A stretch of DNA of 63,869 nt from positions 1 through 63,869 of the IMG/VR virus record IMGVR_UViG_3300027746_000001; one strand, given 5' to 3'. Numbering within the stretch: the first letter of the stretch is position 1; each line of letters begins with the position of its first letter. This document shows positions 60,439-63,869 of this stretch, piece after piece. Both the position numbers and the translations under genes were made by a program. A model generated the notes under the pieces. The model was not told the DNA's origin. It was given only the letters and a program-made list of their open reading frames with translations, and ran no database searches. The stretch comes from a virus (Duplodnaviria; Caudoviricetes).

Positions 60439-60843
60439 ATGAACTGGACAACTGAACAACTCAAAGAGAAAGGCTACACCCTCGCACCAGACGGACACTA
60501 CTACTATGCAGACAACTATAAACCTCCATCTCGCAGGTTACTTGACACCCTCGTTAAACACGCTCCTAAACGCTCACTGGACAAAGTACGCAAAGCAAAA
60601 GAAACTAGCAAGGACTGCACTGCTAAGTGCAATCCGAAGTACACTCTCGCAATTACAAGATTCTCAACCAAAACACTCGACGTTGATAACCTTGCTGGAG
60701 GATGCAAACCTCTCATTGACCAAATCCGCTACTCCAAACTCATCCCAGACGATAACCCCGAAAGCGTCGAAATCACGTTCAGCCAAGTCAAAGTCAAAAC
60801 CCAAGCCGAACAACGAACAGAAGTTAGGATTACCAAAGCGTAA
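60439..60843 (+). CDS. RusA-like Holliday junction resolvase (C-terminal catalytic motifs)
   Basis: LDVDNLAGGCKPLIDQI...LIPDDN. Confidence 0.7.
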   Translation: MNWTTEQLKEKGYTLAPDGHYYYADNYKPPSRRLLDTLVKHAPKRSLDKVRKAKETSKDCTAKCNPKYTLAITRFSTKTLDVDNLAGGCKPLIDQIRYSKLIPDDNPESVEITFSQVKVKTQAEQRTEVRITKA

Positions 60844-60866
60844 ACCTAAGCAGTCACAATCACCAT

Positions 60867-61355
60867 ATGAGCTTTAAACCATCCAAGAAAATGGGTAGAC
60901 CTCCAGAGTATAACGAGGAACTCGCAGAGGAAATCTGTGAACGACTTTCAATAGGTCAAACACTCTCATCCATCTGTAATCTCGAAGGTATGCCAAACTA
61001 TTCCACAGTATGGCGTTGGGAATCTTCCAACGAAAACTTTCGCAACAAATCCGCACACGCAAGAAAAATCGGCACTCACGCACTAGCAGATGATTGCATT
61101 CGCATTGCAGATGATCCAATGCTTGACGCAGCAGAGAAGCGAGTACGCATCGATACTAGACTGCGATTACTAGGTAAATGGAACGCACGTCAATACGGCG
61201 ATAAAATCGAAATAGAGAACACTGGAGCCAAACCACTCAACGTCACATTCACGATTGGTGACCGCAACGCTGAACCCATTGAGCTAATCGAGGGAAGGGA
61301 ACCAGAGGAGAAGCCATTGCAGATCGAAGCGACACGGACAGATCATGTGGGATAG
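60867..61355 (+). CDS. terS: Terminase small subunit
   Basis: GRPPEYNEELAEEICERL..G.TL..IC...MP...TV.RW and RIDTR...LGK.N..YGDK (Sf6-like). Confidence 0.85.
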   Translation: MSFKPSKKMGRPPEYNEELAEEICERLSIGQTLSSICNLEGMPNYSTVWRWESSNENFRNKSAHARKIGTHALADDCIRIADDPMLDAAEKRVRIDTRLRLLGKWNARQYGDKIEIENTGAKPLNVTFTIGDRNAEPIELIEGREPEEKPLQIEATRTDHVG

Positions 61356-61408
61356 CGAACGATTTGCTAATGTATTTTAACCACAAAAACCGCAATCTTG
61401 TCGATAAT

Positions 61409-61455
61409 AATCACCATATAGTGGCAACATATTTTAAAATCACCATATCTAGGGT
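61409..61455. promoter_or_regulatory. Tandem NrdR-like boxes, 31 bp apart
   Basis: AATCACCATATAGTGG (11/16) and TCACCATATCTAGGGT (12/16) compared with the consensus acaCwAtATaTwGtgt. Confidence 0.55.
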
Positions 61456-61465
61456 TTATCAATAA

Positions 61466-61675
61466 ATGGTCAAATTATGCCCAAAATGCAGTTCTACGAC
61501 ACACGTTATGGAATGTAGAGATCTTGGCAATCGATTCTCAAGACGTAGATACTGCAACAACGGAAAGTGCAATCACCGATACTCAACCTTTGAGGTAAGC
61601 GCACAAGACTACCTGAGCCTTAAACAAGTCAACAACATGAAAGCGAAACTAACCGAGATCCTAGAGAACCTATGA
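61466..61675 (+). CDS. NrdR-like zinc-ribbon protein lacking the ATP cone
   Basis: CPKC...T.V.ECR....SRRRYC....C.HRYSTFE matches the NrdR N-terminal pattern. Confidence 0.75.
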   Translation: MVKLCPKCSSTTHVMECRDLGNRFSRRRYCNNGKCNHRYSTFEVSAQDYLSLKQVNNMKAKLTEILENL

Positions 61676-61827
61676 AAGCGCATGAGATAACACCAGAGAT
61701 GCGTATAATCCAGCAACAAAAGCAGGAGATTAGAGAATTGCGGCAAATTATCCACGAATTGCAACATGACGTAAACAAGCAGAAGTCCTTGATCAACAAG
61801 CTGAAGAACAAGGAAAACAACCAATAA
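61672..61827 (+). CDS. Small coiled-coil protein (51 aa)
   Basis: Translated manually: MKAHEITPEMRIIQQQKQEIRELRQ...; ATGA-coupled. Confidence 0.6.
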   Translation: MKAHEITPEMRIIQQQKQEIRELRQIIHELQHDVNKQKSLINKLKNKENNQ

Positions 61828-61852
61828 CTTCCAATAACACCTGTAGTACATA

Positions 61853-62983
61853 ATGAAAACAGAAAAAATGAGATTCCACGCACTGGGACTTCCACACACA
61901 GTTACATCTAAAGAGTTTAACGCTTGCGCGTACACGCAGAAGGTAGTCAAATTCGGCAAAATGATGACCGATAGAGGCCATGAAGTCATCCACTACGGGC
62001 ATGAGGATAGCGACCTGCAATGCACTGAACACGTCAGCGTCCTGACAAATGAGGATTTCGCTAAGTCATATGGATCCCATGACTGGCGCAAGACGTTCTT
62101 CAAGTTCAACACCGAGGATCACGCATACAAGACGTTCTACGCAAATGCCATTAGGGAGGTAGGCAAGCGCAAGCAGCAGCATGATTTCATCCTGCCGTTC
62201 TGGGGTAGCGGAGTCAGACCCATCTGCGATTCCCATCCAGACTTAATCTGCGTTGAACCGGGGATAGGTTACGCTGGCGGTCACTGGGCTAGGTGGAAAG
62301 TATGGGAGTCATATGCCATCTATCACGCTCACTGCGGCATGGGTGCAGTTGGTCAGTGCCAGCAGGATAACTATAGCGTTGTTATTCCGAACTACTTTGA
62401 CATCGATGACTTCACCTTCACCGACAAGAAGGAGGATTACTTCCTGTACCTTGGCAGGGTCTACTCTGGCAAGGGTGTTGATATCGCAATCGATGCAACG
62501 CGCAGAGCAGGAGTGAAACTGGTTGTAGCGGGCCAGAAGGAAGCTGGGTATACATTCCCACCTCATGTCGAATATGTGGGCTATGCTGACGTTTTAAAGC
62601 GAAAGGCACTGATGTCTAAAGCCAAGGCATCCTTCCTTCCATCACAATACGTCGAACCATTCGGTGGAGTCCAGATCGAGAACCTATTGAGCGGAACACC
62701 AACCATCACCAGCGATTGGGGATCCTTCGCTGAGAACAACCTGCACGGGGTCACTGGGTATCGATGCCGCACGATGGGTGACTATGTGGATGCAGTCGAA
62801 AATATCGACCGCATCAAACCAGCGGACTGCCGCAAGTTTGGCGAGAACTTTACGCTTGAGAAGGTTGCACCGAGGTACGAGAAGTATTTCCAAGACGTGC
62901 TTGACGTTCACAACGGAGCGGGTTGGTACGCTGAAGGCAACGGAATCGATGCAATGACAATGATTTACCCATCCAATCTGTGA
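61853..62983 (+). CDS. GT4-family glycosyltransferase
   Basis: YLGRVYSGKGVD, PSQYVEPFGGVQIE...GTPTI. Confidence 0.88.
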   Translation: MKTEKMRFHALGLPHTVTSKEFNACAYTQKVVKFGKMMTDRGHEVIHYGHEDSDLQCTEHVSVLTNEDFAKSYGSHDWRKTFFKFNTEDHAYKTFYANAIREVGKRKQQHDFILPFWGSGVRPICDSHPDLICVEPGIGYAGGHWARWKVWESYAIYHAHCGMGAVGQCQQDNYSVVIPNYFDIDDFTFTDKKEDYFLYLGRVYSGKGVDIAIDATRRAGVKLVVAGQKEAGYTFPPHVEYVGYADVLKRKALMSKAKASFLPSQYVEPFGGVQIENLLSGTPTITSDWGSFAENNLHGVTGYRCRTMGDYVDAVENIDRIKPADCRKFGENFTLEKVAPRYEKYFQDVLDVHNGAGWYAEGNGIDAMTMIYPSNL

Positions 62984-63025
62984 CAAATACTACCAACTAT
63001 TTGTCACCACTTACCCAAGCATAAT

Positions 63026-63652
63026 ATGACAATTGATTTGCGTGGGATTAAATCACTTTGGATTGGTGGAATAAATAAAAACAGAGCATCAAGAATAAGT
63101 TCTTTGTTTGATAGTCTTGGATATAACCACAGAAAAGTTGAAGCTGTTATATCAAATGGATTCAATGGAAATACGCAAAGCACTAAAAATACAATTAAGG
63201 AATCTTTGGAATACGATGAACCTGTAGCAATTTTTGAAGACGATGCCAATATTACGCAGCACTATAAAAATAAAATTGATGTTCCAGACGATGCGGATGC
63301 TGTTTGGTTAGGAACTTCTATGTTTGGTCTTGTTAATAATTGGGAATCAATGTCATTGCGAGATGGGATTTATTTAACCCAACCAACAAAGACAGGAGAA
63401 TACAATGATTTCTATAAAGTGGAAAATATGCTTTCACTTCATGCTGTTGTGTTTATTACAACAAAATACAAGCAATGTATGTTTAATTACTTGGAATACT
63501 TAATCAACAAGCAAACCGCACCAGATATAATTACAGCAGCAACAATGAGGGATTTTAATATTTACGCTTGCAAGAAACCTATGTTCTTTCAAGACGATAA
63601 TGCACATAATAGTTTGCCTACATTAACCCCATTAGATTCTATTTTAATATGA
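63026..63652 (+). CDS. GT25-like glycosyltransferase
   Basis: AIFEDDA motif, HAVVFI, D.....P.F.Q. Confidence 0.6.
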   Translation: MTIDLRGIKSLWIGGINKNRASRISSLFDSLGYNHRKVEAVISNGFNGNTQSTKNTIKESLEYDEPVAIFEDDANITQHYKNKIDVPDDADAVWLGTSMFGLVNNWESMSLRDGIYLTQPTKTGEYNDFYKVENMLSLHAVVFITTKYKQCMFNYLEYLINKQTAPDIITAATMRDFNIYACKKPMFFQDDNAHNSLPTLTPLDSILI

Positions 63653-63869
63653 AGAAAGTATTATTTTACACTCAAAACAGGTGGGCATTTGGGTCTATTC
63701 ATCATGGTCTATGCAAGGAATTGTATAAACACGGGATATACGCAAATTTGCTTGACTGGACTATTCCGTATTCACAGCATGAGTTTGATTTCTTGAATAG
63801 AACATACGATGTGTTCGTTACAACTCCAGAGGCAGTAATTCCGTTGCATTATCGAGGGATTCCGTTGGA
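63649..63869 (+). CDS. 5' part of the glycosyltransferase that continues at 6-806
   Basis: ATGA overlap; MKKVLFYTQNRWAFGSIHHGLCKELYKHGIYANLLDWT reads into the terminal repeat. Confidence 0.8.
   Translation, partial: MKKVLFYTQNRWAFGSIHHGLCKELYKHGIYANLLDWTIPYSQHEFDFLNRTYDVFVTTPEAVIPLHYRGIPL
63743..63869. repeat. Terminal direct repeat, identical to 1-127
   Basis: Exact sequence match. Confidence 0.95.

Overview
The window is an apparently complete, circularly assembled dsDNA tailed-phage genome. Positions 1-127 are repeated exactly at 63743-63869, so the unit length is about 63,742 bp. Essentially all credible genes lie on the + strand. Gene order is: glycosyltransferase / methyltransferase / MazG / dCMP-deaminase block; terminase large subunit; portal; putative scaffold; two more glycosyltransferase-like genes; a secreted FGE/CLec-fold protein; major capsid protein; collagen-like and autotransporter-repeat fibres; lysis genes; tail fibres and tailspikes; podovirus-type adaptor and nozzle; an ejection-protein region with a PAPS-reductase-like and a CxxCxxCC gene; a 2595-aa polyvalent protein; early genes (DUF932, ERF, exonuclease); a lambda-like replication module (initiator with internal iterons, DnaB); SSB; RusA-like nuclease; terminase small subunit; and an NrdR-like zinc ribbon. 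I saw no tape measure, sheath, integrase, DNA polymerase, reverse transcriptase, tRNA or CRISPR array. A podovirus morphotype is inferred. A PVC-superphylum host (e.g. Verrucomicrobia) is a tentative inference. The most unusual signals are: (1) tandem NrdR-like boxes 31 bp apart directly upstream of an NrdR-like zinc ribbon that heads an operon containing a MazG with an RNR-like redox tail; (2) a PP-loop enzyme and a CxxCxxCC protein interleaved with four Met-Gly-Gly proteins; (3) a recurring hairpin plus H-type pseudoknot architecture in intergenic leaders; (4) dual-frame coding at the end of the giant protein and in the RusA-like gene; (5) visible scars of receptor-binding cassette shuffling. 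All functional calls come from motif recognition by eye, with no database search.
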